Assembly (NCBI GenBank): GCA_044229975.1
Contig: JBGARZ010000024.1
Span: 64,001 to 128,000 of the forward strand
Length of the DNA stretch: 64,000 nt
Direction: 5' to 3'
Source of the DNA: Polyangiales bacterium
GTDB lineage: Bacteria; Myxococcota_A; Polyangia; Polyangiales; Ga0077539
The translations under genes and the position numbers were made by a program. This document shows, in pieces, positions 47,716 to 57,760 of the stretch. The notes beneath the pieces were generated by a model. That model was not told where the DNA came from. It made no database searches and worked only from the letters and a program-made list of their open reading frames with translations. Each line of letters begins with the position of its first letter. The first letter of the stretch is position 1.

Positions 47716-48855
47716 TCACAACAGCGCGTGCAGATCCTCGCGCGTCGTCACCGGAATCCCCCGCTTCCCGAACCCCTCCTTCAGCCGCTCGAAGGTCGCC
47801 AGCTCCCACTCCTCCGTCGCCGCTTCGGGCCGCCCGACGCTCTCGTACAGCGTCGTCGAACGCCCCTTCTCGTACATCGGCGCGACGCGCACCGCGTGCA
47901 CCCACGGCGCGACCTTCTCCACCAGCTTGTCCGGGTCCATCGGCAGCATCGGCTGCACCACCACGAAGGTCCGCAGCCCCGCTTCGTGCATCGCCTTGAG
48001 CGCCTCCAGCCGCGCCTCGATGCCCTCCGTCCTCGGCTCGAACACCGCCCGCACCCCATCGTCGTCCGTCGGAACGCTCATCCCCACCAGCGCCCGCGGA
48101 AACTCCCGCAGCCGCTCCAGGTCATCGAGCACCGACGTCGACCTCGTCAAAATCATCGGAACAAACCCCGTCCCCTTCATCGCGTCGAGGCACCCGCGCG
48201 TCACGCGGTAGCGCCGCTCGATGGGCTGGTACGGGTCCGTCACGATGGGGCTCATCCGCACCACGCCCGGCGGCCGCTTCGCCACTTCCTTCGCGAGCAC
48301 CGTCGGCAGGTCGGTCTTCACGTCGACCCAGCGCCCCCACGGCAGCACCGGCTCGCCCTCCAGCGCGCGGCTCGCATCGGCCCGATGCATCGCGTAGCAG
48401 TACGGGCACGCCAGGAGGCACCCGACATACGGGTTCAGGTAATAGACACCCGGCACCTCCGGCACCAGCGCGTGGTCGGCCGTCAGCTCGCGCACCCGCA
48501 CCCGCTGCGCCTCTTCCGCCGTCACCGCCACCGGCGCGGGCAGCTCGTGCTCGTGCGCCTTCACCACGCGCACCACCTCGTCGATCACCGCGCGCTCGTC
48601 GGCGTCGAGGTCGCGCCGCAGCCGATCGACCACCGAGTAGTAGACGTTGAGCCGCGCCGTGCGGGCGTAACAACCCCGCGATGCATCGAGCGTGTCGAGC
48701 TCCACCACGAGCCGCCCCTTCGGCCCGCGGAAGCCCAGCGCGAGCCCTTGCTCCACTTCCCTCGAAGTGAGCCGCCACCCCGCTGGCAGCACGAGCTCGG
48801 TCAGCCAGCGAGCGACCGTCGCGGAGAGCGTCGAGTGCCCCGCGCGAACGATCAT
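47716..48855 (-). CDS. Radical SAM protein, spore-photoproduct-lyase-like fold, with N-terminal accessory domain
   Basis: LNPYVGCLLACPYCYA, TDPYQPIE, ILTRS; ATG overlaps the upstream TGA. Confidence 0.88.
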   Translation of the reverse strand: MIVRAGHSTLSATVARWLTELVLPAGWRLTSREVEQGLALGFRGPKGRLVVELDTLDASRGCYARTARLNVYYSVVDRLRRDLDADERAVIDEVVRVVKAHEHELPAPVAVTAEEAQRVRVRELTADHALVPEVPGVYYLNPYVGCLLACPYCYAMHRADASRALEGEPVLPWGRWVDVKTDLPTVLAKEVAKRPPGVVRMSPIVTDPYQPIERRYRVTRGCLDAMKGTGFVPMILTRSTSVLDDLERLREFPRALVGMSVPTDDDGVRAVFEPRTEGIEARLEALKAMHEAGLRTFVVVQPMLPMDPDKLVEKVAPWVHAVRVAPMYEKGRSTTLYESVGRPEAATEEWELATFERLKEGFGKRGIPVTTREDLHALL

Positions 48856-51206
48856 CAGCCGAGCACGTTGAGCCGACGACGCGAGTCGACCTCCACCAGG
48901 GGCCGGTCGAGGTCTTCCGGGTGCACGAGCCACGGCGGCTCGGGCACATCATCGAGCTCGTAGAACCCACCGCAGAACACCGCGTGCGGACACGTCGCGC
49001 AGACGGGCTTCTTCACGCGGCGCGCGGCGAGGTAGTCGCCGAGGTTCACGTCCTCGTTGTTCACGAAGATCATGTGCCGCGAGAGCTTCAGCAGGTCGCC
49101 CATCATGAAGCGCTCGTACCCGGGCATGAAGCAGAACGGCAGGTTGATCACCTGGAACTTCATCCGATCGCCCCAGCGATCCATCACCGCCATCGCCGCG
49201 TTGGCGGCCGTCTGGGTGTCGGGCGAGATCCACTTCGTCGCGCGCCCGAAGGGCGTCAGGAACTGGATGTTGAGCCACCGCAGCCCAAGGTCCCACGCGA
49301 GCTGGGTGACCGCTTCGAGGTGCGCGGTGTTGCTCTTGGTGAGGGTGATGTTCATGCCGAGCTCGACGCCCGGCGGCGCGTGCTTCACGCAGTAGCGGAT
49401 CCCCTGCACGGTCTGCTCGAAGGCTTCGGCGACACCGACCTGCTGGGCGTGCGACTGGGCGTCGTGGCCGTGCACGCTGAAGAGCAGCGTGGTGAGCCCC
49501 GAGCGCACGAGCGAGCGCGCGAACTTCTCGTAGACGCAGAGGCGCCCGTTGGTGGTGACGTTGACGCGCTCGTAGCCGATGCTGCGCGAGTACTGCACCA
49601 GCGGGATGAGCTCGGGGTTGAGCGTCGGCTCGCCGCCGTCGAAGTCGACCATGGTGACGCCCTGCGCGCGGTACCGGTCGAGGTGCTCGCGCTGCCGCGT
49701 CGGGTGCCCATCGACCTGCGTGCGCGTGCCCACCGCGCAGAACGTGCAGCGGTTGTTGCACACGTAGGTGACGTTCATGATGACCTTCTGCGGGCCTTCC
49801 ACGGCGCGCATGCGCTCCTCGAAGGTCCAGCGGAAGCGGGCGAGCTCCTCGGGCGTGACGCTCATCCCCGGCTGGCTCGGCGTCATCTGGAAGCGCGGCC
49901 CCCAGTCGTCCACCACGGGCAGCGATCGCCCGCGCGCGAGGTCGGTGCCCGGCAGCGGCGTCGCGTACTGCACCGCGGGCCAGGCGCCGTGGTCTTCGTA
50001 GAGTTCCATCGCGAAGCGCAGGGTCTCGTTGATCTCCTCGGCGCTCTCCCCGGGCAGCCCGATGATGTAGTGGACCATCAACGGCACGCCCGCGGCCTTG
50101 GCGCTCTGCGCGGCGCGCACGATGGCCTTGAGGTCGAGCCGCTTCTTCACCACCTCGGTGACGACGCGCTGCGAGCCGCTCTCGGCGCTCACGCTCACGG
50201 TGTTCACGAGGCCGCGCATGCGCGCGAAGTGCTCGGGTTCGAGGTAGTCGGCGCGCATCCCGTTGGGAACGTCGAAGCGCACCCCGAGCGCCGTCACGCC
50301 ATCGAGAAAGCCATCCCAGTGCCGCTCGTTGACGTTGATGAGCTCGTCGAGCACCTCCAGCCGCGACGCCCGGTGGGTCTTCACCATCGTGTCGAGGTAG
50401 GCCCGCAACCGCGCCGCCGAGTAGCGCCGCTGGGTCTTCGGCTCACCCAGCTCGCGCCCCGGGTTGGAGCTGCAATGAACGCACGTAAACGGGCACCCGC
50501 GCGAGGTCACCATCGGCAGCGTTCGGCCGTCGATGGGGAAGGCCCACGCGCCGCGCCCGAGGTCGCCCACCATGCTGGCGCAGAAGCGGTCGTGCGCGTT
50601 GAGGTCGACGAGATCCCACGCGGGGAAGGGGAGGGCGTCGAGCGACGACGGGCTCTCTCCGCGGTGCGCTCCGCGGATGGACTCACCGCGACCGAGCGCC
50701 GCGAGCAGCGCGGGCACGGTGACCTCAGCCTCGTACTTCACCCACGCGTCGGCCTCGGGGTAGCTCGCGAGCACGGCCGCGCCGTCGGCTTCGACGTAGT
50801 GCTGGCCCGACTGGTAGGCGTCCGCGAGCACCAGCGCCGCCGTCGGCAGCATCGCGCGCAGCCCCGTGAGCAGGGCACCGAGCACCTCGTCGCGACCCGG
50901 TGGCCGATGAAACGGCGTGTACGCCACGACCACCGCCGCGGGCTTCTCTCCCGCGGCGATGGCGGCCCGCACCGTCGCGAGCAGCGTCTCCACGGGGACG
51001 CCCAGCAGGGCCCGGTCGTCCGCGCGCCAGCGCAGCGCGGCGCCCGGCGTGGCGAAGGCGTCGACGAGGGTGACGGGGTGCCCGAGCTCGCGCAGCACGG
51101 CCGCAAGCTGCACGGCGCCGAGGTCGCTGAAGTACGGGTAGTCGATGAAGTCCCGCGCCACGCTCACGGGCGGATGCAGCACCAGCGTGGCGACCGGGTG
51201 GCTCAT
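48855..51206 (-). CDS. Fusion: B12-binding radical SAM plus HxsC-like radical SAM
   Basis: VLHPP...LGAVQLAA, TSRGCPFTCVHC, IGLPGE, PLPGT; then CNNRCTFC, GGEPT, NLPFC, CATCPHAVFC. Confidence 0.9.
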   Translation of the reverse strand: MSHPVATLVLHPPVSVARDFIDYPYFSDLGAVQLAAVLRELGHPVTLVDAFATPGAALRWRADDRALLGVPVETLLATVRAAIAAGEKPAAVVVAYTPFHRPPGRDEVLGALLTGLRAMLPTAALVLADAYQSGQHYVEADGAAVLASYPEADAWVKYEAEVTVPALLAALGRGESIRGAHRGESPSSLDALPFPAWDLVDLNAHDRFCASMVGDLGRGAWAFPIDGRTLPMVTSRGCPFTCVHCSSNPGRELGEPKTQRRYSAARLRAYLDTMVKTHRASRLEVLDELINVNERHWDGFLDGVTALGVRFDVPNGMRADYLEPEHFARMRGLVNTVSVSAESGSQRVVTEVVKKRLDLKAIVRAAQSAKAAGVPLMVHYIIGLPGESAEEINETLRFAMELYEDHGAWPAVQYATPLPGTDLARGRSLPVVDDWGPRFQMTPSQPGMSVTPEELARFRWTFEERMRAVEGPQKVIMNVTYVCNNRCTFCAVGTRTQVDGHPTRQREHLDRYRAQGVTMVDFDGGEPTLNPELIPLVQYSRSIGYERVNVTTNGRLCVYEKFARSLVRSGLTTLLFSVHGHDAQSHAQQVGVAEAFEQTVQGIRYCVKHAPPGVELGMNITLTKSNTAHLEAVTQLAWDLGLRWLNIQFLTPFGRATKWISPDTQTAANAAMAVMDRWGDRMKFQVINLPFCFMPGYERFMMGDLLKLSRHMIFVNNEDVNLGDYLAARRVKKPVCATCPHAVFCGGFYELDDVPEPPWLVHPEDLDRPLVEVDSRRRLNVLG

Positions 51207-51336
51207 GGGCAGTGCCGCGAGTCTAGAACGTTTCCTCTACGGATGTGCCGCCGCGGCGCCGCGGCGTTGCTGCGCGCGCGTCAATGGTGCTAACAACCGG
51301 CGAGGCGCTGTTCCTGCGACGCCGGAGAGGATCGCG

Positions 51337-51597
51337 ATGTTCGGCATGGGCGCATCGGAACTGATGATCATCCTGGTGATCATCCTGCTGTTGTTCGGGG
51401 CCTCGAAGCTCCCTGAGCTCGGACGCAGCCTCGGCTCGGGGCTCAGCAACTTCAAGAAGGGGCTGAAGGACGGCGACGAGGGCCCGACCCTGCCCGCACC
51501 GCCCGCCCGTGTCGCGCGCGTCGAAGAGCCGCCCAAGGCAGCAGTGCCGGCCGAGACCCCGCCGGCGACGCCGACCTCCAACACCAGTGATTCCTGA
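51337..51597 (+). CDS. tatA: Twin-arginine translocase TatA/TatE subunit
   Basis: MFGMGASELMIILVIILLLFGASKLPELGRSLGSGLSNFKKG. Confidence 0.95.
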   Translation: MFGMGASELMIILVIILLLFGASKLPELGRSLGSGLSNFKKGLKDGDEGPTLPAPPARVARVEEPPKAAVPAETPPATPTSNTSDS

Positions 51598-51612
51598 GGA
51601 GCGCTGACTTCG

Positions 51613-52161
51613 ATGGCTGACACCGACCCGACGCCCGACCCCGCCACCGAGACCCCCGCGGCACCAGCCGAGCCCGTCCAGCACGGGATGGTGCTGCACC
51701 GCTTCGACAGCGGCCTCGTCTGCTGTGAGATGCCGTACGTGCACGGCGTCCTGCAGGGCGAGGGGAAGATGTACTACACGACCGGCGGGCTCTACGCGCG
51801 GGAGACCTACGCGGGCGGCGTGCTCAACGGCCCGACGACGCTCTACTACCCGGACGGCGTGCTCCAGGCCGAGCTCCACTACGTCGACGGCCTCCTCGAA
51901 GGGACCATCAAGGAGTACTTCGCCACCGGCCGCATCGAGTCCGTCTCCGAGTACCGCAAGGGCAAGAAGAACGGCCTCACCATCGTCCACAACGAGACCG
52001 GCGCCGTCGAGTCGAAGCTGTACTACCTCGACGACTCCATCACGACGCCCGAGGCCGCTGCTGCCGCCGCCGCTGCGCCTGCCACCGAGACGCCCGCCGA
52101 GACCCCTGCGGCCGAAGCCGCTGCGCCTGCCGTCGAGACACCCGCCACCGAGACCCCGTAG
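51613..52161 (+). CDS. MORN-like repeat protein (YwqK-like)
   Basis: Repeated YxxGxLxG...YYxxG units; Ala/Pro/Glu/Thr-rich tails. Confidence 0.8.
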   Translation: MADTDPTPDPATETPAAPAEPVQHGMVLHRFDSGLVCCEMPYVHGVLQGEGKMYYTTGGLYARETYAGGVLNGPTTLYYPDGVLQAELHYVDGLLEGTIKEYFATGRIESVSEYRKGKKNGLTIVHNETGAVESKLYYLDDSITTPEAAAAAAAAPATETPAETPAAEAAAPAVETPATETP

Positions 52162-52182
52162 GTCTCTCTCCCCGACACGCCG

Positions 52183-54231
52183 TTACGGGGCGTTGGGGTT
52201 GCGACCGTCCACTCGATAGAGCGCGACCCGCACCCTGGGCGCGTCGTACGAGAGGTACGTCATGCTCGGCGTCGCGGGCAGCACCACCTCGTGCAGCCGC
52301 GTCATCTGGTAGCGCTGCTCGACCCGCTGGCAGGTCGCGCGCCCCTCCCGCGTCGAGCAGAGCGACGTGTGCACGTAGAAGCGCGCGCCACTCTGTCGGG
52401 AGAAGTCCTCGGTGAACTCCCCCGCCCGCAGCAGCACCGGCGACAGCCCCACGCCCACCACGCCCCGGTAGAACGGCAGCATCTGCACGTGCTGCCCCAC
52501 GCGCTCCAGGTACATGATCTGCCCGGCCGGCAGCTCGCTCCGCCACCGCAGCAGGGCCTGCTGCTCCAGGGCGTCGGTCGGCGCCCTGGTCGCTGAGGAC
52601 CACGTGCGCCACGACACCAGCAGCGCGAGCAGCGCCACCGCGGCCGCCATCGCCCGGACCTGCTGCCGGTTGCGGGGCAGGCCCGTGAGCATCGCCGCCG
52701 CCACCACCACCATGATCGGCGCGTAGAGCCGGAAGTACGCCAGGTGAACCCAGCGGGGCGGGCTCGCTGCGCCCACGGCATCGGCTCCGACCAGCGCGAC
52801 CAGCGCGACCACCATGACCGAGACGTTGAGGACGCTGCGGAGCTTCGAGCGGGTACCCCCCACCGCGACCACGCCGATGATCGCCGCGTAGGGCAGCACC
52901 GCGTCGACCTGGCGGAAGCCCCCGACCGCTTGCGAGCCCCCGGTCCACTGCGCCCCGAAGGCCGAGCGCAGCACCGCGAGCATCGACGGAACCGCCGCGA
53001 CGGCGAGCACCGCGCCGATGATGAGCGTCCCGACGACCGTGCGGAGCACGCGGCGACGCCAGTGGCCGGGGCCCAACAACAGCACGGCCGGACAGAGCGC
53101 CGAGGCGACCCAGCCGATGGGGTGCACGAGCTCGTGCTGCGCGAGGATGAGGGCCGCGCCCAGCACCGGGAGCAGGAAGCCCGCGCTGCGAACGCGCAAG
53201 GCGGTCAGCGACGAGGCGAGCAGAGCGATGGCGAGGAAGAGCAGCGAGGCGCCGACGCCGTAGTACGACTCGCTGCGCGAGAGGCGACCGAGCATCGGAT
53301 CGATCGCCACCGCGAAGGCGAGCGCGAAGGCTAAGCCACGGGACGCCCCCAGCCGGCGCGCGACGAACGCCGCGCAAGGCACCGACAGACTCGCGAGCAC
53401 GCCCTGCACGAAGAACAGCGCCTGGTCGGGGTTGTGGGAGCACCAGCGCAGCCACCCGAAGACGGCGCGGAAGCCGGGCCCATAGGGGTGATGCTGCGGC
53501 GACAGCAGCACCGACACCCAGAGCGGACCCTGGCCGTTCTGGTGGAAGAACAGCCCCGGAAACAACAGGTACCGCAGCGCCAGGGTGGCCAGCGCCAGCG
53601 CCCCACCGAGCAGTACGCGACGACGCGCCCGCGACGAGCGACGCACGGGCCAGAGCGACGCGAGCGCGCACGCCAGGGCGCCCAGCAGCAGCCACGGAAC
53701 GCTGTCGCCCGTCGTCGGGGTGTTGGGCTGTTGGAGGCGACGCTGCGGCGCCCGCATCGCCCCGCCGCCGCCGAAGTCACCGCTGGCGCGAACGCACGCG
53801 GTGATCTTGTCGAAGCCCTCGCGCATCCGCGGGTCGACCTGCTCCCAGTCCGCGAAGTTGCCCACCGGCGAGAGCGCCCACTGCCCGACCTGGCGGAAGC
53901 CCTGCGACGCCCCGTACCGCATCTCCACGCGCAGCTCGGGCTCGCCGCGCAGGTCGACGAGGGCGACGCGCTCCTCGGGGCACTGCAACGACGCGATGGT
54001 GATGCCCTGCTGGGCCGAGCAGCGGGCCGCCCACTCCACCACCGGAGCCCGGCACGTCGGGTCGCTCCGTGGGGTCGTGGGCGCCCCTCCGTCCCCCGCG
54101 GGAGCCCGGTTGTTGGCCTGGGCCGAAGACCCGTTGCCGTCCTGTGAAGGCGCCGGTGCGCGCTGGCCCGAGCCGCAGCTCGCGAGCAGCCACAGCGCCG
54201 CGAACCCGAACCACCGCCACGTCATCGTCAT
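52183..54231 (-). CDS. Lipoprotein-signal and polytopic membrane protein (possibly GT-C-like)
   Basis: Lipobox LLASC; small soluble domain then many TM segments, FHQNGQG and SRSES motifs. Confidence 0.6.
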   Translation of the reverse strand: MTMTWRWFGFAALWLLASCGSGQRAPAPSQDGNGSSAQANNRAPAGDGGAPTTPRSDPTCRAPVVEWAARCSAQQGITIASLQCPEERVALVDLRGEPELRVEMRYGASQGFRQVGQWALSPVGNFADWEQVDPRMREGFDKITACVRASGDFGGGGAMRAPQRRLQQPNTPTTGDSVPWLLLGALACALASLWPVRRSSRARRRVLLGGALALATLALRYLLFPGLFFHQNGQGPLWVSVLLSPQHHPYGPGFRAVFGWLRWCSHNPDQALFFVQGVLASLSVPCAAFVARRLGASRGLAFALAFAVAIDPMLGRLSRSESYYGVGASLLFLAIALLASSLTALRVRSAGFLLPVLGAALILAQHELVHPIGWVASALCPAVLLLGPGHWRRRVLRTVVGTLIIGAVLAVAAVPSMLAVLRSAFGAQWTGGSQAVGGFRQVDAVLPYAAIIGVVAVGGTRSKLRSVLNVSVMVVALVALVGADAVGAASPPRWVHLAYFRLYAPIMVVVAAAMLTGLPRNRQQVRAMAAAVALLALLVSWRTWSSATRAPTDALEQQALLRWRSELPAGQIMYLERVGQHVQMLPFYRGVVGVGLSPVLLRAGEFTEDFSRQSGARFYVHTSLCSTREGRATCQRVEQRYQMTRLHEVVLPATPSMTYLSYDAPRVRVALYRVDGRNPNAP

Positions 54232-54302
54232 CTCGTCGGCTCCCGGGGCGCACGCTACGCACCGCGGTTCCGCAGGGTCAAGCTACGCGTAGTCACGGTA
54301 CG

Positions 54303-55307
54303 ATGCGGCCGACGACCCCGACGATGCTCCCACCCCGCGCCACGCTCTCCCTGCTCACCGACTGCGACAACCGCTGCGTGTTCTGCGCGCCCGACGGGCT
54401 CCCCGCGGCCGCCCCGCGCGAGCTCGACGCCGTCGTCGCCGACCTCGACGCCCTCCGTGCACGGCACACCGCGATCACCTTCACGGGCGGCGAACCCACG
54501 CTCCACCCCGCGCTGCCCGCCATCGTCGCCGCGGCGCGCGCTCGCGGCTTCACCCACGTCGGGCTCCAGTCCAACGGCCGTCGCCTGCGCGAGCACCACT
54601 ACGCCAACGCCTTGCGCGACGCGGGCCTCACCGACGTCCACCTCTCGCTGCACGGCCTCGGATCAACCATCCACGACCACCACACGGGCGTCGAAGGCAG
54701 CTTCGCCGAAGCCTTCGACGGGCTCGCCGCCGCCCGCCACGCGGGCCTCACCATCGTCGTGACCACGGTGCTCACGCGCTCCAACGCGCGCTCCCTCACC
54801 GCGCTCGCCCCGTGGCTCGCCGCGCAGTCCGTCGCCGCGTGGTCCGTCGCCGTGCCCCGCACCGCGGGCCGACTCTTCGCCAGCTTCGACCGGGTGTTTC
54901 CGCGGCTGGCGATGGCGATGCCGCACGCGCTGCACGCGCTCTCGGCGGCGCAGCAGAAGGGCGTCGTCCCCTTCCTGCGCGGAGCGCCGCTGTGCCTGCT
55001 CGGCCCCTTCGCGGCGCGCAGCCTCCCTGTCGCGACTGGAGCCTTCGCCCCGCAACCCTGCGGCACCTGCCCGGCCCGCGCGTGGTGCCCCGGCGTCGAC
55101 GCCCGCTACCTCAAGCGCTTCGGCGGCGACGAGCTCTCCGCAGCGCGCGCCCCCACCTCTCCCGCAAAGCCCTTCACGGCTCGCGAAGAGTCGCTCGCGG
55201 TGATGTTCGTGGGGGAGGGGCCCGGCGGTCCGGAGCCGGCCGGGGTAGAGTCGGCGCCGACGGGCGCTACGCGGGTGGCGTTGCCGATCGTGCGCGAGGG
55301 CGCGTAG
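54303..55307 (+). CDS. HxsC-like radical SAM protein
   Basis: CDNRCVFC, TGGEPT, QSNG, APLC, CGTCPARAWC. Confidence 0.92.
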   Translation: MRPTTPTMLPPRATLSLLTDCDNRCVFCAPDGLPAAAPRELDAVVADLDALRARHTAITFTGGEPTLHPALPAIVAAARARGFTHVGLQSNGRRLREHHYANALRDAGLTDVHLSLHGLGSTIHDHHTGVEGSFAEAFDGLAAARHAGLTIVVTTVLTRSNARSLTALAPWLAAQSVAAWSVAVPRTAGRLFASFDRVFPRLAMAMPHALHALSAAQQKGVVPFLRGAPLCLLGPFAARSLPVATGAFAPQPCGTCPARAWCPGVDARYLKRFGGDELSAARAPTSPAKPFTAREESLAVMFVGEGPGGPEPAGVESAPTGATRVALPIVREGA

Positions 55308-55318
55308 ACCGAGGACGC

Positions 55319-56551
55319 ATGGCGAACATCGGGTACATCCAGGTCGTCCGGCACTGCAATCACTTCTGCGGGTTCTGCTCCAACCCGACGACGCCGTACG
55401 TGCACACCTTCGAGACGATGAAGGTGCTCGTCGACGACCTCGTCGACCGCAACTACTTCGGGGTGATCCTGACGGGCGGCGAGCCGTCGCTTCATCCCGA
55501 GCTGCCGCGCATCGCGCGCTACGCCTCCGACCGCGGGCTGCACGTGCGCATGATCACCAACGGGTGGCGCATGGCCGACCCGGCCTTCGCGAAGGAGATG
55601 GCCGAGGCGGGGCTGAAGCTCGTGCACGTGTCGGTCTACTCGGTGCGGCCCGACGTCGAGGAGAAGCTGCGCGGCACGCCCGGCACCGTGGAGCGGGCCT
55701 TCGCGGCGATCGAAAACGCCAACCGCTACGGCATCGACGTCAACATCAACTGCGTCATCAACAAGCTCAACGCCGACCACCTCGACGAAAACATCCGCCA
55801 CTGGATCACGCACCACCCGTACATCCGGCACTTCGTCTGGAACAACCTCGACCCCTCCATGGGTCGCGCCGAGGTCAACCAGGCCGAGTACACCCCGCGG
55901 CTCGCCGACTTCGAGGTGTCGCTCCACCGCGCGCTGAAGCTCCTCCACCAGAGCGGCCGCACCTTCCGCGTGGAGAAGGTCCCGCTCTGCTACATGGCGG
56001 AGTTTGCGTGGGCGAGCACCGAGACCCGCAAGATCGTGAAGGGCGAGGAGCGCATCGTTCACTTCCTCGACGCCAAGCAGACGGTCCGGCAGACCGACTG
56101 GGAGCACATCTACTCGGACGGCTGCTCGGTCTGCTCGCTACGCACCATCTGCGGGGGTCTCTTCGACCGCGGCAACGCCTACGACCCCGGCGAGCTGTAC
56201 CCGGTGTTCATCGACCGCGACGCCGTCGTCGAGAAGATCATCCACGACCCGCGCGACCCCAGCTACGAGTTCCGCTCCATGGACGCGTGGCGGGCGGACT
56301 TCGAGCGCCGCGTCGCCGAGGCCCGCGCCGCTGGCAATCGCCGCCCATTGCCGATGCACGGCGACCAGCCGCCCGAGCACATGACCCCGCCCAACGCCCC
56401 CGCCGTGGGGCAGATCACCGAACAGGGGCTCCGACTCTTCGAATCCAAACGCAATTCCGAAGGAAAGAAGGCCGCTCAGATCGGTATCTCCCTCGAACGG
56501 ATGGAAGTGCAGATCCCGGTCAATCCCCCATTGACCAAGACCGACCCATGA
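55319..56551 (+). CDS. HxsC-like radical SAM protein
   Basis: CNHFCGFC, TGGEPS, ITNG, VPLC, CSVCSLRTICGG; GAGGA RBS. Confidence 0.93.
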   Translation: MANIGYIQVVRHCNHFCGFCSNPTTPYVHTFETMKVLVDDLVDRNYFGVILTGGEPSLHPELPRIARYASDRGLHVRMITNGWRMADPAFAKEMAEAGLKLVHVSVYSVRPDVEEKLRGTPGTVERAFAAIENANRYGIDVNINCVINKLNADHLDENIRHWITHHPYIRHFVWNNLDPSMGRAEVNQAEYTPRLADFEVSLHRALKLLHQSGRTFRVEKVPLCYMAEFAWASTETRKIVKGEERIVHFLDAKQTVRQTDWEHIYSDGCSVCSLRTICGGLFDRGNAYDPGELYPVFIDRDAVVEKIIHDPRDPSYEFRSMDAWRADFERRVAEARAAGNRRPLPMHGDQPPEHMTPPNAPAVGQITEQGLRLFESKRNSEGKKAAQIGISLERMEVQIPVNPPLTKTDP

Positions 56552-56874
56552 AAGCACTGTTGTGGCTCGCTCCTTGCTGAATTCCACAGACAGCACCGCA
56601 ATGCACGCCGGAACAACATCACCTGAAAACCCCTTCTGTCTGCGGTTTCGCGCCGACAGAGGCTTCATCGTGGGTGCTCCGGCCTCGTCCGATCTCAGGC
56701 TCGTCCCACCCGGCGATGCCTGGAAAACTTTGCGTACCATTGCCGTGGCTGCGGGGTTCACTGCTTCAGGTGGGTGGTCGGAGCGTGAAAACTTTGCGAG
56801 GATTCCTCGGTCCTCGAACGGTTCATCTGGCGTGAGCCGCGCGGAATGAGGCACCTTCCCCAGCGGAGCGTCGA

Positions 56875-57609
56875 ATGTTGAAGTGGAACCGGCGCCAGTT
56901 CCTGAGTGGAGTGTTGACCGCTGCCAGCGCGGGTGCGGCGACGTCTGCCCAGGCTCTGCCCGTCTCCTCGTCGCTGCTCTCCGGAGCACCCGGCACCTCC
57001 CCACTCCCTGCACCCGTCTCGCCCACGGGTCACGAAGCTCCTGCCACCGCAACAAGCTGTGCGAGCAACCACGTCGCGCACGACCTCCAGCAGATGCTCC
57101 CCGAGGGGCAGCGCTTCGGTCGCTGGCGCGTGGTGTCGGTGCTCCCGGTCAAGCTCGGCGCCGTGCCCGTGGTGCTGGAGTCTCGCCGCGGCGAGCGCTT
57201 CCAGGTCGACGTCCTGCGACGCGACCGCAGCACGCGCGCCCGTCGCGGCCTCGCTGAGACGCGCGAGTACTCGCTGTTCCTGCTCAACCGCGGCTTGGGT
57301 GATACCCCGACCCAGGAAGACCACGGCCTGGCGGTGCTCTGGCTCGCGGCCCTGCTCCGCCCGCGCGAGCGCACCGCGGGCACCGTCGCGCTGCTCACCC
57401 AGCGCGAGCGCACCCAGCGCTTCCCGCGCGGCAAGTTCAACGCCCTCACCTCCGCCGTCGCCGAAGAGCAGACGCGCTTCGAGGCGCCCGCCTCCGAGGC
57501 GAGCTGGCAGTTCGCCGAAGGGGCCGCGACGCCTCCGCGCATCGAGGCCGAAGAGCCCGCTCCCGCGCTCCCCGGCTCGCCCGAGTACGACGCCCTCCTC
57601 CTCGGCTGA
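56875..57609 (+). CDS. Tat-signal hypothetical protein
   Basis: N-terminal NRRQFL twin-arginine motif, hydrophobic stretch, AQA cleavage site. Confidence 0.8.
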   Translation: MLKWNRRQFLSGVLTAASAGAATSAQALPVSSSLLSGAPGTSPLPAPVSPTGHEAPATATSCASNHVAHDLQQMLPEGQRFGRWRVVSVLPVKLGAVPVVLESRRGERFQVDVLRRDRSTRARRGLAETREYSLFLLNRGLGDTPTQEDHGLAVLWLAALLRPRERTAGTVALLTQRERTQRFPRGKFNALTSAVAEEQTRFEAPASEASWQFAEGAATPPRIEAEEPAPALPGSPEYDALLLG

Positions 57610-57760
57610 CCGGCGCTCCGCCGCAGCCCCACTCCCGTACGCAACCGAGCCCACGCCGAGGCGTCAGCCCGACGCGCATCCGCGGTCGATCAGTCACCTC
57701 TACGGCGCGCTGTCGACGTGGTCGGACGCGCGCCACGCTAACGCGTCGGCGTGGTCGCCT

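Noticed and set aside
47716..48855. Calling this gene splB (spore photoproduct lyase)
   Set aside because: Only fold-level motifs match; the extra N-domain and biosynthetic operon context argue against assigning that function.
51221..51228. Single GTCTAGAA near the divergent promoter region of tatA
   Set aside because: One imperfect unit with no 8-bp periodic neighbours, so not counted as an array.
51613..52161. Toxin-antitoxin module (YwqK-like antitoxin)
   Set aside because: MORN-like repeats are generic and no adjacent toxin gene is visible.
56548..56580. Tiny ORF MKALLWLAPC overlapping the rSAM stop codon, as a second precursor
   Set aside because: Only 10 codons, no HxS or leader features; cannot be supported from sequence alone.
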